A stretch of DNA of 24,000 bases from Candidatus Woesearchaeota archaeon. Lineage in GTDB: Archaea > Nanobdellota > Nanobdellia > Woesearchaeales > UBA9642. The notes beneath the pieces are model-generated. The model worked only from the letters and a program-made list of their open reading frames with translations, had not been told where the DNA came from and made no database searches. The stretch is taken from contig BPGB01000004.1 in the NCBI GenBank assembly GCA_026002815.1, positions 106,676 to 130,675 of the forward strand. Reading direction: 5' to 3'. This document shows, piece after piece, positions 23,942-24,000 of this stretch. Position numbers and translations under genes: made by a program. The stretch's first letter is position 1; every line of letters begins with the position of its first letter.

Positions 23942-24000
23942 TTTCTAAAAATAATTTTTTTTAATTAATTTATTATATTTAATTACTTTATATTATGTAT

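Noticed and set aside
1-24000. A bacterial (for example CPR or Mollicutes-like) origin, given the AT-richness and the Bat-like operon.
   Set aside because: The initiator tRNA has A1:U72. A tRNA carries an anticodon-loop intron. One protein has a class III signal peptide. TATA boxes lie ~26 nt upstream of leaderless starts. All of these point to Archaea. SD-like sequences before some genes are compatible with archaea.

Overview
This is a strongly AT-rich 24-kb window that reads as a small-genome archaeon, possibly DPANN-like (the lineage is inference). Four signals support an archaeal origin. (1) An initiator-type tRNA-Met has A1:U72 and G29-31:C39-41. (2) A tRNA-Ser(GCU) carries a ~41-nt anticodon-loop intron. 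(3) One protein has a class III (prepilin-type) signal peptide. (4) TTTAWA-type TATA boxes sit ~26 nt upstream of several ATGs, implying leaderless mRNAs. Housekeeping content: a DUF814/NFACT fragment, SMC, RNase HII, a Dus-family tRNA-dihydrouridine synthase and a class I SAM methyltransferase. Envelope and accessory content falls into three groups. (a) A same-strand cassette encodes a GPAT/PlsB-like acyltransferase, a PIG-L/LmbE deacetylase and a GT4 glycosyltransferase. (b) An RHH regulator is translationally coupled to a 624-aa cadherin-like, Cys-rich membrane protein. That gene is followed by a 1252-aa, sequon-saturated, C-terminally anchored surface protein, and then by a soluble paralogue of the 624-aa protein's cytoplasmic tail. 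(c) A MoxR-DUF58-VWA (Bat-like) cluster. At least five frame disruptions are visible: one in SMC, one in the tail-paralogue gene and three in DUF58. Intergenic regions are long and full of short tandem duplications. I saw no rRNA, CRISPR array, transposase or integrase. The best candidate for an undescribed system is the 13.76-20.73 kb surface island next to tRNA-Ser. All functional calls rest on motif recognition by eye, because no searches could be run.
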